A stretch of 64,000 bases of DNA from Lophium mytilinum. Taxonomy: Eukaryota. Positions 23,214 through 35,161 of this stretch are shown piece after piece. Position 1 is the stretch's first letter, and each line of letters opens with the position of its first letter. The stretch is taken from assembly GCA_010093605.1 (NCBI GenBank), contig MU004197.1, positions 1,178,001-1,242,000 of the forward strand. The letters are read 5' to 3'. A program made the position numbers and the translations under genes. The notes beneath the pieces were generated by a model. The model made no database searches. It saw only the letters and a list, made by a program, of their open reading frames with translations, and was not told where the DNA came from.

Positions 23214-25220
23214 AAGCATATTGATTCTTTTGATCTTCGAGCAAGTCCCCTGCAGTTCGCGGCATCTTCTCGCAAACCTCGTGTGTTGAATCAATGCAGT
23301 AAATGGCGTTTGACAGTTGGTGGCATTTGTCTTCTTAGGGATATTGGCGCACAGCAGGCGCATTGCGGAGGGCCAATGTAAGCGTAACTGTGGCAGTCCT
23401 TGCGAACATGCAAGATTATGGTTCTTTGCACACTACTCACGCTCCCAGACCGTGAGAGACAGTCTTCATGATCTCACCTTACGTTGCAACCGCCACTCCG
23501 CCTCGCTACTACACATTATACAAAATAATCCAAGAAGGCGCACTTGCGCGTCTTGGCGACCTGGAGAGTGCGGCAAATATCAGGAGGATTCCGTCAGGCG
23601 TCAAACTGGCCATATATTGCTTCCAGAGCCACCCTACCATCACCAGTTAGACGCGAGTTGGATTGGGCCGGGCTCCCGGATAAATTCACATCGGCCGGAG
23701 TATCAAGGCCTCTCAACTCGATGGGTCAGAGCTTGTTTTCGCTGTTATTGGTTTTGATGTTCATCAATCGACAGTGTTTCGTGACATCCATGTCACGAGA
23801 AAACTTTAAATTAATAAATTCACATCCTTACCTCAACTACCTGTCCTCTCCCATCCTTGACTCCAAGACTTTCACTCTATACGAAGCTCGTCAATCAACG
23901 CTCCCTAGCCCTGCTTCCCCGTACGTTGTTCTCTTCGCTCTTTTCGAAAGACTTGGCAGCCCACTAGCCCAGTGAATAAGTCTACTCGAGGTCATACCGG
24001 CACCTGGTAGCCTATCAAGTTTATCTTAGACTTTTAGCTTATTGGTTTCCGTTCTACGTTATGCTGACTTCATATTAGACCCTTCTTTCCACCTTCGAGA
24101 AGGTTACGTGCTCCCTTCATTCCGGGTTTCCCTCACCGACAACGAGTCGGTACCCGTCTTTATCCTAGACGCCTTGAGGCTTGTGTTGCGCATATTAACA
24201 ATATGTGGAGCCTAATAATCTCTATGGAATGGCTCCACTGCATCTCGTCATATTTCGTTGGAAGATGGAAAGGTCTTATGACCACTTTCTCAACCATCAC
24301 CTCATTGTTCACCCGCATATCAGCTCAATCTTCTAAGAAAGCGATTTCTTTTAACAGTTCATGCCTAATCATGGGATGGCATTCCCTGCTTATGGTGAGG
24401 CACTCATGATGTATAAATCGTAGGACTCTACCATAGCTTACAGCCGGCAGGACTTACCCTCACGGATCCCCGTCATCATACATCCTCGTCCCGAAAGGAC
24501 GGTACGGAAAGTAAAGTGCTGTCTACCTTAGCGACGTGGTATCATAATGAGCCTCTCGAGAGTATGAGATCTTATGCAGGGGTTTCATTATACCCAGAAG
24601 AGGTCGCGGGGTACGCGCTCGCGGGGGAGAGCACTCCGTTAGCCCATTGACTAGGCTAGAGGCATTCGTCTCGAGTTGAGATTCTTTCATTGACCCTTTG
24701 GAATGTGGCCATCGCGCTCTTGGAGAGGCTCTTGGGTAGCTCAAGCCGCGCTTCTGGGCACAGTATTGACGTTGCGTCCACTCTGGATGTCAATTGCGCC
24801 TTACTGGTCACAGTTTGCCTTCAGGTCCAATATACCATAATAAGCACATATATAGAAAGCTAACACGCATCAGAAACTAATGCCCGGCGTTTCACTACCA
24901 GATCACCTTCCCGCCACCTCCACGTACCCTAGGAAATCACACAGGGGCTCATCAATACCAAGGGCCCTCAATACAGTTATGGATCTTCATCTAAGCGCCG
25001 CTGTGTCCAAGCGGAAATACACGGACGCCTAAGTAATTCCATTCTCGCAGTTGACGGGCCTGCTCCCCTTATGAGGCTTGAAACCTAAAGGAGTAAGGTG
25101 TACTCCGCAGTGAGCCCTCTTATCATATGGATACATCCATATAAGAAGGCTGGCCGTTCCCTCAACACCAGTACCATCACTACACTCACTCGAAACACGT
25201 TTCCGGATCTGTTTTTCATC

Positions 25221-26555
25221 ATGAAAGGTTTCACTTACGCCGCGATCGTGGCATCTGCTATTTCCGGCGCGCTGGCTGCTCCAGTCGAGGAGAGAGGTAG
25301 CCCAGTCGAGAAGCGTGCCGTTACCCTCACTGGTAACCCATTCGCTTCCAGGACACTATATGCCAACAGCTACTACGCTTCCGAAGTGTCGGCTGCAGCT
25401 GCAGCCATCACTGACACCGCACTCAAGGCGAAGGCTTCCAAGGTCGCCAGCGTTGGATCTTTCCTGTGGCTGTACGTCTAGCTACTGCAAAATCGCAAGC
25501 GAGATATGCTGACACGAACCAGCGACAACATTGCGAACATCGCAAAGCTCGAGCCAGAGCTCAAGCTCATCAAAGATGGAGAAATCGGTGGCTTTGTCAT
25601 CTACGATCTTCCCGGCCGTGACTGCGCAGCCAAAGCTTCTAATGGTGAACTTGCTGCTGGCGATATCGCGACCTACAAGTCTTCATACATTGACCGTTAG
25701 TAACTTCATCCATTCCTACTCCCCAAATGTTAGCTTATCGCATACCCAGCCATCGTCGCTATCATCAAGAAGTACCCCAACGTCGCCCTCGCTCTGATCA
25801 TTGAGCCCGACTCCCTGCCTAACCTCGTCACCAACGACGACCTAGCCACCTGCCAGGCCTCCGCAGACGGCTACAAAGCGGGTGTAGCATATGCCCTCCA
25901 ACAGCTCAACCTCCCCAACGTAGCCATGTACGTCGACGCCGGCCACGGCGGCTGGCTTGGATGGGACGCCAATCTCAGTAAGCCCACCCACCCCCTCCCA
26001 TCCCCGCCCCCATACCACGACTAACAAATCCCCACAGAGCCCGGCGCCCAAATGCTCGCCGACGTGTACAAGACCGCCGGCTCGCCCAAGCAGGTCCGCG
26101 GCTTCAGCACCAACATCGCCGGTTGGAACGCGTGGGACCTCACCCCCGGCGAGTTTTCGACCACCTCCGACGCACAGTACAACAAATGCCAGAACGAGAA
26201 GATCTACGTCGACACCTTCTCGCCGCTGCTCGTGGCCGCGGGTATGCCCGGGCAAGCCATCATCGATACCGGCCGCAACGGCGTCACCGGCCTGCGTCTG
26301 GAGTGGGGCGATTGGTGCAATGTCAACGGCGCTGGGTTCGGCGTTAGACCGACGAGCAGCACGGGCGATTCGCTCGCTGATGCGTTTATTTGGGGCAAGC
26401 CTGGTGGGGAGTCTGATGGTACGAGCGACAGCTCGGCGACGCGGTACGATTCTTTCTGTGGGAAGGATGATGCGTTTAAGCCGTCTCCTGAGGCGGGAGC
26501 GTGGAACCAGGCGTACTTTGAGATGCTGCTTAAGAATGCGGTGCCCTCGTTCTAA
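25221..26555 (+). CDS. Secreted GH6 cellulase (cellobiohydrolase II-like, no CBM1)
   Basis: Signal peptide; GNPF, YDLPGRDCAAKASNGE, IIEPDSLPNLVTN, DAGHGGWLGW, IIDTGRNG, WGDWCNV, KPGGESDG; three introns. Confidence 0.95.
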
Positions 26556-26953
26556 GCGCTCGGGATGAGAGAGATTGTGGCTGGTTGGTATATGTTCTTC
26601 CGTAGATCTCTTTGTGTTGGTGAGTGTGTTTGGGGGGAAGGGGAAGGTGAGGCTTTTGGGGAGATGGCGAAATTGGCTGAGAGGAAAAGGCTGTGAAGCT
26701 AGAAACCTCCTTGGCCGATTGAAGAGCATTTGAAAGTACAATCGAGACTCTCGTTACATAAATTTGCATATCTATCGCGCAGTGAAGTGTCGCCCATAAA
26801 AGATGGAACAAACCCCGTATAACAAGCTCCAGAGAGGGTCTTCGAGTGACTTATTTTATGGGTGTAACGAAATTGAAATGAACTATTCCAGCAGAGTGTC
26901 TACCTTTGAGTCTTTGACATCAAAGATATAGATCGGCTGAACTCTAGGCATAC

Positions 26954-27611
26954 TGTAGGACTGAAAAACCCCAAACAATATCAGATAAGACAAGCTATTT
27001 AAGACAAACCCATCTGTAGCCTATATTAGAAGAATTAACCCCCTCCTAACAGAGAGTATAGGTTTCTATATTTAACGTAGTAGCTTAGTTGGTTATTTAC
27101 TAATTTACCGGGGCCCATCCACCCTATTAGGGGGTGTAAAATATCTGCTTACCACCTATAACTATTCACCACTTGCACCTATCCACCACGCGCGTTACCA
27201 GTACCGGCAGATAAATCTAATTAGCTGCATCTATAACTGAGAAGCAGATAAATCCATTTTACCATAAGCCAGCGAGCCGTGAGCTTAAGAGCATGTTATT
27301 AGAATATCCGAGAACCTGTAGAGAGCCTGTCGGATGGCGGTATGCAAAAGGGAGGATACGGAGGATAAAGAAGAGAATGGGGGCGGCATTTACCAGACAA
27401 GAAAGCTGTTTATCGCGGAGGAAGGGGAGCTAGCATTCACTATCAAGAAGGGAGCCAAGAGTATCGTTTGTGGTTTTCCGGGGGAGTGTTGGACTGAAAA
27501 ACCCCAAACAATATTAGATAAGACAAGCTGTTTGAGATAAACCCATCTGTAGCCTATATCAGAAGAATCAACCCCCTCCTAACGGAGGGTATGGGTTTCC
27601 ATATTTCAACA
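26954..27611 (+). mobile_element. TRIM-like non-autonomous miniature LTR retrotransposon
   Basis: LTRs at 26954-27077 and 27487-27611 (TG...CA). 5-bp TSD CATAC at 26949-26953 and 27612-27616. PBS-like TAGTAGCT after the 5' LTR, GGGGGAG PPT before the 3' LTR, ~410-bp interior without recognisable coding domain. Confidence 0.88.
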
Positions 27612-28099
27612 CATACTTAGCATTGAAACCTTTGATTTGTAACTCCATATGCATCTGAAGGTCATGCGAAAATCTCGGTCAAGTTGAAGATACTAGTCCA
27701 AGGACATGTGAATGCTCTGTACAGAGACAGCGAGTACTGGTTTACAGCACAAAATATAAGGCAGTATGCCATGCGGTGTGGTGAATGAACGAAAGACGTT
27801 GGGCCCAAGAAAACTAAGCGACCTCGGGAGTGCTTCTATCAAGACCTCCGCCCGCCGCTCATACACAACGTCAATTCCTCCATCCCGGTCCCTACCAACT
27901 CCTCTGATAATTACACCTAGGATTCCTCACTCGCTTCTACTAAACCACGAAACCACCCTTACTTTCCTATCCCGCCATCTCTCGCGCCTCCACGAAGCCC
28001 TCCGCAGCCCTAACCGCAACCACAACCCTCCACCGCGAACCCCCCAAACCCATAACCCTCAACCCTCTACCATAACATACCTCCCAAACCCCGCTCACC

Positions 28100-28931
28100 A
28101 TGTCCCTCGACCGCCCCTCACACAGCCAACCCGACCACCTCCCCTACGCCGACCCGACCTCAACCCTCCTCGCCTCTTCCTGCCTCGACTTCCTCCTCAT
28201 CGAGCTCGTGCCCATGGCCTACCGCATCGCCTCTGAGCTCAACGCGCGCGAAGAAGAATGGATGCGCGGCGGCGCCGTCGGGTCGACCGGCACAGCCCAA
28301 GCTACCAAAGAGCCCACCGACGCCGCCAGCAGCGTGACGGGCGGCGGCGGCGGGGGAAAGACCGCCACAGCCGCGGAGAGCCTGGTGGACGAAGAGGAGG
28401 CGCGCGAGCAGGTGTTTTTCCGGCTGGAGGGGCTGGGGTACCGGGTGGGTTTAGGGGTGATAGAACGGTACGTCTCCATCCAATCCCTCAAACCCCCAAT
28501 ACACACAATCCCACTTCCAGAATGTTACAGCCACACCCCCCTCCCCCAAGTTTCAACTCTCAGTACTATACTAACACGCACCCACCCCCAGCTTCACCCG
28601 CGACAAACCCCGCCCGACCGACCCCCTCGACGTGATCAAGCTGCTCTGCAAAGACCTCTGGACCCTGCTCTTCCGAAAGCAGATCGACAACCTGAAGACC
28701 AACCACCGCGGCATCTACGTGCTGACCGACAACACGTTCAAGCCGCTGGCCCGCATGAGCTTCGAGAAGAACCTCGAGACCATCGCCAAGGCGCAGCCGT
28801 TTCTGTATTTCCCCAGTGGCGTGCTGCGCGGCGCGTTGGCCGGCATGGGGATTCAGGCGACGGTGCAGGCCGAGACGACGCAGGTGCCGGGCGCGACGTT
28901 CCAGATACGGACGGTGGGGGCGAAACCGTAG
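28100..28931 (+). CDS. TRS33: TRAPP complex subunit Trs33 (TRAPPC6)
   Basis: CLDFLLIELVP...RLEGLGYRVG; intron ~28468-28590; then DVIKLLCKDLW...KQIDNLKTNHRGIYVLTDN. Confidence 0.92.
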
Positions 28932-29389
28932 ATGTGAGGGAGAAGACGGGGAAAAATGAGCGTATTAGAGGGTTGAGCGGGTTCTCTCTGGATTTAGCGG
29001 CATGGGTTGGCGTTTGGTCGAATTTACCGGGCATTCAAGAGTGCCTCGAAGCATGGAGCGATGTTTAGATCTTTGCCTTCATATAGAAGGGTAGATAATC
29101 AAGCGATCACATAGGAATCATCAAGAGATTACGTAAGAGTCATTGATTCTTGCGAAAAGGTATATTCGTGCTGCCCGGATTCGGTTTCATACACGTAACA
29201 CTTCTCATTCATCGCTCATCAAAGGCCAGTCACTAATAATCTATATTCCACTCCATTTTTCTCTTTCATCAGATTCGAGGTCACCACGGATTCGGTCGGA
29301 GAACGCGTTGTGCGCTCTCAAAGTCTATCTGCCCATGCTGTATGAGTATCGATTCATGATAAGAGATTGAAGCAGTGTATAGGTTGCAC

Positions 29390-30752
29390 TTACTTGGTGG
29401 GCGGGTTCTTGATGAATTCGACACCCTTCTCAATGTTGCCCTTTAGGCCGGTGTAGCAAGCCTGGAGAAGCTTCTTCTCATAGTCGTTAGCGCCGCTGAC
29501 GACGTTGATAGCCTTCTCAGCACCGGATGTCTAATTGACGTGTTAGTAGAAGGAAGCGAGCGGAGAAGCAAGGGAAACATGAGACGTACGCCAAGCTCGA
29601 CGGGAACGGAGAACCACTCGAGGCCAGTCTCCTTCTGAATAGCCTCACCACCAGGGACGCCCGGTAGGTAGATGAAGGTAGGCTCTACGATGCCCTTCTC
29701 GCCCTTGGCCGCCTTGATGATCTTCTCGGCGAAGCTTGGGTTTGTTAGCTACGAAGGTGATGCCGCGTCGATGACACGGGCTTACCGGAAACCAGCGTAG
29801 GCCATGGATAGAGTGGCGGAACCCGCGCCATCCTTGGCCTTGACGACCTCGTCACCACCGAACTGAACACCTGTATAACAATAAGTATCGATGAAATTGT
29901 CACCAAACTGGGGGAGGTACTTACGGTTGACCAAAGCATCCAGTTTGTCAGCTGGGATATCGACCTTGGGACTCGCCTGGCTGAACAAGGGCACGATGGT
30001 CTCCCCCGAGTGACCACCAATGACGGGAATAGTAGCCTTTGAGGGGTCCTTCTCACCACTGAGGGAGGCTACGAAAGTCTCGGCACGGACGATGTCGAGA
30101 GTGGTGACACCGAAGAGCTTCTTGGGGTCAAATACGCCAGCGCCCTTTAGCACTTCAGCAGCGATGGGGACAGTCGAGTTGACTGGGTTGGAGATGACGA
30201 GAACATAGGCCTTGGGAGCGTACTCGGCCACGCCCTTGACCAGATCGCGGACAATGCCAGCATTGATCTTGAAGAGGTCTAAACGGTGATTAGATAGAGT
30301 TGAGCAAGCAATTGCTAGCGGCCTTACCGTCGCGGGTCATGCCAGGCTTCCGGGGAATTCCAGCGGGGATGATAAAGACGTCCACGCCGGTGAACGCGTC
30401 CTTCATTCCATCGCCTGCAGGCAGGTATCCCTTCACGATCTATTGCAAGATCAGTATGGCCCTTCAACTGTTTAAGGATTGGAAGCCTCATACCGCTGGG
30501 GTCGAGATGTGGGAGAGGTCAGTGGCAACACCGGGAGTGTTGACCACATCGTACAGGGAGAGCTCATCGATGAGAGGGGATGCTTTGCAGAGGAGGGACA
30601 GAGGCTGGCGGGGTATTAGCATAGGCCTGAGAGTTGATACGCTGGCTTGAAGCTGCACACCTGTCCGATTCCTCCAGACGCACCGAGCACTGACAATACT
30701 GTCAGTAATCATTCGAAGTGCTGCCAGGGGCGTATTTACCAGCAACTTTCAT
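29390..30752 (-). CDS. MDH: NAD-dependent malate dehydrogenase (cytosolic/peroxisomal type, no mitochondrial presequence)
   Basis: [69 protein letters not shown]; many introns; ends KNPPTK*. Confidence 0.95.
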
Positions 30753-31610
30753 ATTGACGGTGTTGGGGTTTAAGCGGGGTAGAAGTGACGAAGTGAAGGC
30801 TCGACAGAGTATCAAAGATCAGGACAATGGCTCAATTGAGAAGGGTTTGAAGAGGATGGAGGGGATGGAAGTCGGTGAAGCAGAAAAGCAGCCCGAGACG
30901 TGGGGTGTGTTGTTGAGCTGCAGCAGTAGTCACCTGGTGGGGAGGGCAGGTGCGGGGTGCCGTCCGCGCGTGAGGAAAGAGCTCCCGTTTAGTCTTACCT
31001 ATTCTAATTGAACACGGTTGAAGGGAACGTATTTCAACACCAGCAGCCAGTGCAGCTCGACGACGATATATGGTTGCCAGGAGGAAGCCTCGGGAGCCTC
31101 CGCGCATGTGAATCGAGGCTTCGGAGCTGTATACGCCGGACGTTCTCGGAGACTGGCAGCAGCACGCAGGAACGCCCCATTATCCTTGCACCTCATCTGA
31201 GGGAGAAACGAATGGCCTGTGCTATTGTGTATATACGCCGAGAAACCGTCCATCGACTCCTCCGCGGCCGGAGAGGGCCCAGTGCCCGGATATCCATATT
31301 TGCCTACCTATGCCCTCCTGTCCCAAGCCTCAATCAATGCCCAAGTCCCACCCGAAGAAACGAATAAACTCCTGCGCCTAAAACTACGCAGCACCCAGAC
31401 GAGGGCGCCGTGTGGGTGATGCTCTATTCAAAAAAGAAACCTATTTTCCTCCCCTTTCGGCCTTAATACTGACTCTCCTTCACGGGTCCCAGTTTTGTCA
31501 GCCGGTACGTCTGGGTCCACATAGAGGCGGAATTGGGCCCTGCCGGCTCTGCTGATAATATTTCATGTGTTGAGAATGCTGTGAGGAGAGTCATTGTGAT
31601 TAGCATATTG

Positions 31611-32829
31611 CTAAGACACAAAATCTTCTCTCTCACCCTCCGCATCAGCGTCACCCTCAGGGTCGTGCGGGCGATAGGCCTGATTAGGGTCGCCCGCGCC
31701 TGAAAGGTCGGGGCCGCGCTGGCCCACGCCTGGGTACATCTGCTGTATTTGAGTCAGTGACAGGTGTCGAGATGTAGTGTGTGTACTCACTGGCGCGGGC
31801 TGCATTGTGTACGCTTGATATGCCGAATTAGGATCAAACATTTGAGCTTGCGGCTGCCCGTATGCGTTTGGATCGCCCTGCACAGGCGGGGCGTACATCC
31901 CCGGAGGCCTATAGTCCTCTTGCTGCGGCATATGTTGACCCATGCCGTAATCTGGAGGACCCATTTGGTGCGGAGGATGAACTCCTTGCTGTGGGACGGC
32001 ACCGGGAGGTAGAGGCTGGCCAGCAGACGATGCCACTGCTGCGCTGCTCTGTCCAGCACTCCGCTTGTGGGGATGGGCCTCCTCGCGCGGAACGATGTCA
32101 ATCAAGAAGTCGAACATGTCTGATTTCGACAAGGCAGATGCAATGTCAGACCGCTGGAGGGTTCGTCGCTTGTTCTCCTCGGCGTGGATCCAGGCACGCA
32201 TCGTGAGTTCCGTGATGAAGATGTCGCACCCTTTGGCAAATAAGATCGGAGCTTCCGCTGATATCATCTTGACTTCTGGGTCGGCCTTCATTACCTTCTT
32301 TATCCGCGCCAGAGGGAGCTGGTGCAGCTTGTAGTCATGCTCGTCGATCTCGAGCTTGGTGACCTGCTGCTGCCAGTAGGTATTGAGAATATCTCGGTAG
32401 TTCCCATTCAGCCCCTGATTGACCTAGCCACGCGTCAGCATTTGTTGCCATTGTGGGGATGGAGGCCTTGTACGTTCTGCCACGACCCGGTGAACAGCTG
32501 CGGATCTGGCGCATGTCCTTGGGCGGCTATCTAGACAAATATCAGCTTCGGAGGCCGGAGATCAGTAGAGCGGACGCTCGCGATTCAGACGTACAGATGC
32601 GCTTGCTCCTAGTAGTCCGTCGAAGGTTAGCCTGATGCTCTCATCGAAGAGGCGGCTCGCGATATCGAGGAACACGCGATGCCGGGGCTGGGAGCTTACC
32701 ATAATGACCACCGTTTGCGGGATCGTACAGGGGATTCCCATTGACTCCATCGTATCGGCGCGGCGCAGCTTGCTGAGGCTGCTGGCGCATCTTCTGCGCC
32801 TGGCCGTGCTGGAGACCTGTCGGGTCCAT
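31611..32829 (-). CDS. HAP5: CCAAT-binding complex subunit HapE/Hap5 (NF-YC)
   Basis: [45 protein letters not shown]...RRTLQRSDI histone fold; 14-nt micro-exon near the 5' end. Confidence 0.95.
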
Positions 32830-34007
32830 GGTGGCTGGGGTAGTTGCGGGCCCTCTGTCGCAAACCGGCTACCGAGCGAGGATGGCAGGCGGAAGACAGC
32901 TGCTGTGCGCGTGCGCGTAGATGCAGGCGCAGGAGTGATGGAGAATTGATTCGCGGAGCGGGTGGGTGGTGTGTGGGAAGAGATGGCCGGTAGCAGCAGA
33001 TGTCGTAGCAGCGTCAGAAGTGCGGTGACTGGCGGGCGGGGGCGAAAATTAAACACGGGGCGCGAGCTCCTGGCACACTCATTATCACTGTACGACGACA
33101 ATTCGCGGTCGGAGAGGTTGTTTACCTGCTGGCCAAGGCTTGTATATCGGGCGTCTGCTCTGTAATTGTGGAGGGGAGATGCGCGAATCGGAGGCAGAGC
33201 TGGGAGAGCAAGGTGGACGAATCCCAGGACCGTATGGCCTTTCTCCTAGCAGGGCTGATGACGCGCTATACAGCACCGATAGCACCGATTCTGGAGAGAC
33301 GACGGTGCCCGAGGATGGCGGCAGCGGCCCGGCAATCGTCTGGAGCGCTGAAGGGGAGTGCTGGCTGGCGCAACGTATTGCAGGCAGGGCCGACAGATGG
33401 CTGAGGCCGGATCGTCAAGCTGTGCGAACGGCGGGATGTATATGTGCGATGGTGCGCCTCGCTGCAGGTAGCACACGCCTGGCACGGCACGAAATGAGGG
33501 GTGGACGGGGAGAATTCCGACGCCGCTGTCCCTACATATATCTGCAAACTGCTAGAATTACCACGCCGCCGCACACTGGACGCCGCGTGGGGTGCGGTGC
33601 TCGAGGATGCGAAGCTGGAGACACCAAAGTCGGCCTGCAGCAGCTCGAGAAGCACCCCACGACGAATGGGACGGCTCGCGGGGCTTGTGCATCAAGGGAG
33701 CCGCTGGTTGGCCGGCTGGCACACTCTCTTGCGCGGGGCCTGCCAGTCAGTGATGAGTTGTCCCTCAGCTGGGCGCGATACGGCGCTGTGAAAGTGCTCT
33801 GCAGCTCGATCTGAGAATCGCGGTTGACACGTGTGGGGCAGCACAAGCCGCGTCTTCCCCAAAGCGGCTAGGCAGCCTCGAAGCTTTGTGATCTCCAACA
33901 TATTTTTTTCCTCCGCGTCGCTTCCACACCACCACCACCACCGACAGCCCTACGCCAGCATGCCGGTGCCAGCGCATCAGGCCCTGTCCCCCGCCCTGCC
34001 CTGGGCC

Positions 34008-34962
34008 ATGGCGTCAGACAGCGACGAGGAGTTGTCAGACGAGCAGGTACATGAACTTCTGCGCCAAGCCGAGACGAGAATGCGGGAGGCACAGGAGCTC
34101 GCCCACCAAGCGTCCGACAGCGCAGACGCTGTATACAGGCTCCCCAAGCTCGACCCTGGCGTCATAGTCCAGCCGTACATCCAGACGGTGGATGGCGTGG
34201 CACGGGTGGACCCGTCCCGCCTCGTGAACGATGACGATAGATCCAAGGCCAACGCTGTCCGCAAGGTCGAGGATCCCCTGAAGATCAAGAAGCGGAAAGA
34301 CGAGGTAAGGCACCCTCTACACGAGACAGAGACCACGCACCGCCATTCACGGCCTGCCAATGATTCAAATATCCCAACTCTTTTCCTTGACGCAGATCAC
34401 GGCCCCGTCTTGGGTGTCGCCTGCTTCCATGAGAGCCTTTTTATCATAGTTACTATGAGGCATCCTGATTTGATTCTACTTGCATCGCTCGTTTCGCCTT
34501 GAAGCCAGTGCTGACAAGTGGTTGTAGGAAAAAAAAGCTACGACTGGGCCAGAGTGGTTCAATCTGCCGAAAACAGAGCTCACGCCTGAGCTTCGAAGGG
34601 ACCTAAAGCTGCTCAAGATGAGGGACGTCATAGACCCCAAAAGATTCTACAAAAAGAGCGGGAAAACTTCCGAGGTCCCTGAGTTCTCACAGATTGGCAC
34701 CATCATTGTACGGTTCATGCTCTTCCAGTCAGAAACGCACCCTCTAATCAGTTTACAGGAGGGTCCAACCGAGTACTACACGGGCAGGCTACTCAACAAG
34801 GAGCGTAAGAACACATTTGCCGACGAGGTTCTGGCTACAGAGGCCAAGACGGGCAGGTTCAAGAGCAAGTACAACGACATACAAGCATCGAAGACAAGCG
34901 GAAAGAAGGCATACTACAAGGCACTCAAGGAGAAACGCAAGAAGAGCACCGGGAAAGGATGA
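34008..34962 (+). CDS. FCF2: rRNA-processing protein Fcf2
   Basis: GPEWFNLPKTELTPELRRDLKLLKMRDVIDPKRFYKK...FSQIGTII|EGPTEYY..RL; two introns; start could be at 33960. Confidence 0.9.
34355..34462 (+). ncRNA. Intronic box C/D snoRNA, SNORD46/snR63-like
   Basis: Inside the long first intron of FCF2 (~34304-34528). TGCC/GGCA terminal stem, box C-like ATGATT, internal TCCTTGACG and CCGTCTTGG blocks resembling SNORD46. Guide TCATAGTTACT is complementary to LSU rRNA AGUAACUAUGA; box D variant ATGA (a CTGA also lies at 34465). Confidence 0.75.
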
Positions 34963-35161
34963 ACTTTGCAAGGCATTTGATCGCCTCTACTCTGCATTGT
35001 TGGCTCTCTGTGGGCTACGTACACCTCTCAGCACGTCCAGCCGGAACGCCGGTGCATTTGCAAGACATATGCACAAGGCTCTAGGCGGCCTGATGACCCT
35101 GTCTAGGAAGCCATGCTTCTGACGATATCGTCACATCAGGCGTTGCCGGCAGGCAACGCTC

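Noticed and set aside
24550..25150. XlnR (GGCTAR) and CreA (SYGGRG) sites upstream of GH6
   Set aside because: Plausible, but hexamers this short arise by chance and cannot be supported from sequence alone.
25842..26741. 299-aa minus-strand ORF
   Set aside because: Antisense to the GC3-rich GH6 exon; no recognisable domain.
27334..27540. 68-aa ORF in the TRIM-like element
   Set aside because: Runs into the LTR and shows no gag/pol motif.
28100..29068. 322-aa ORF as the real product
   Set aside because: It reads through the TRS33 intron into the wrong frame; the conserved C-terminus is in ORF 28632-28931.
32830..34000. Many overlapping ORFs between HAP5 and FCF2
   Set aside because: GC-rich divergent promoter/UTR region; no recognisable protein features.
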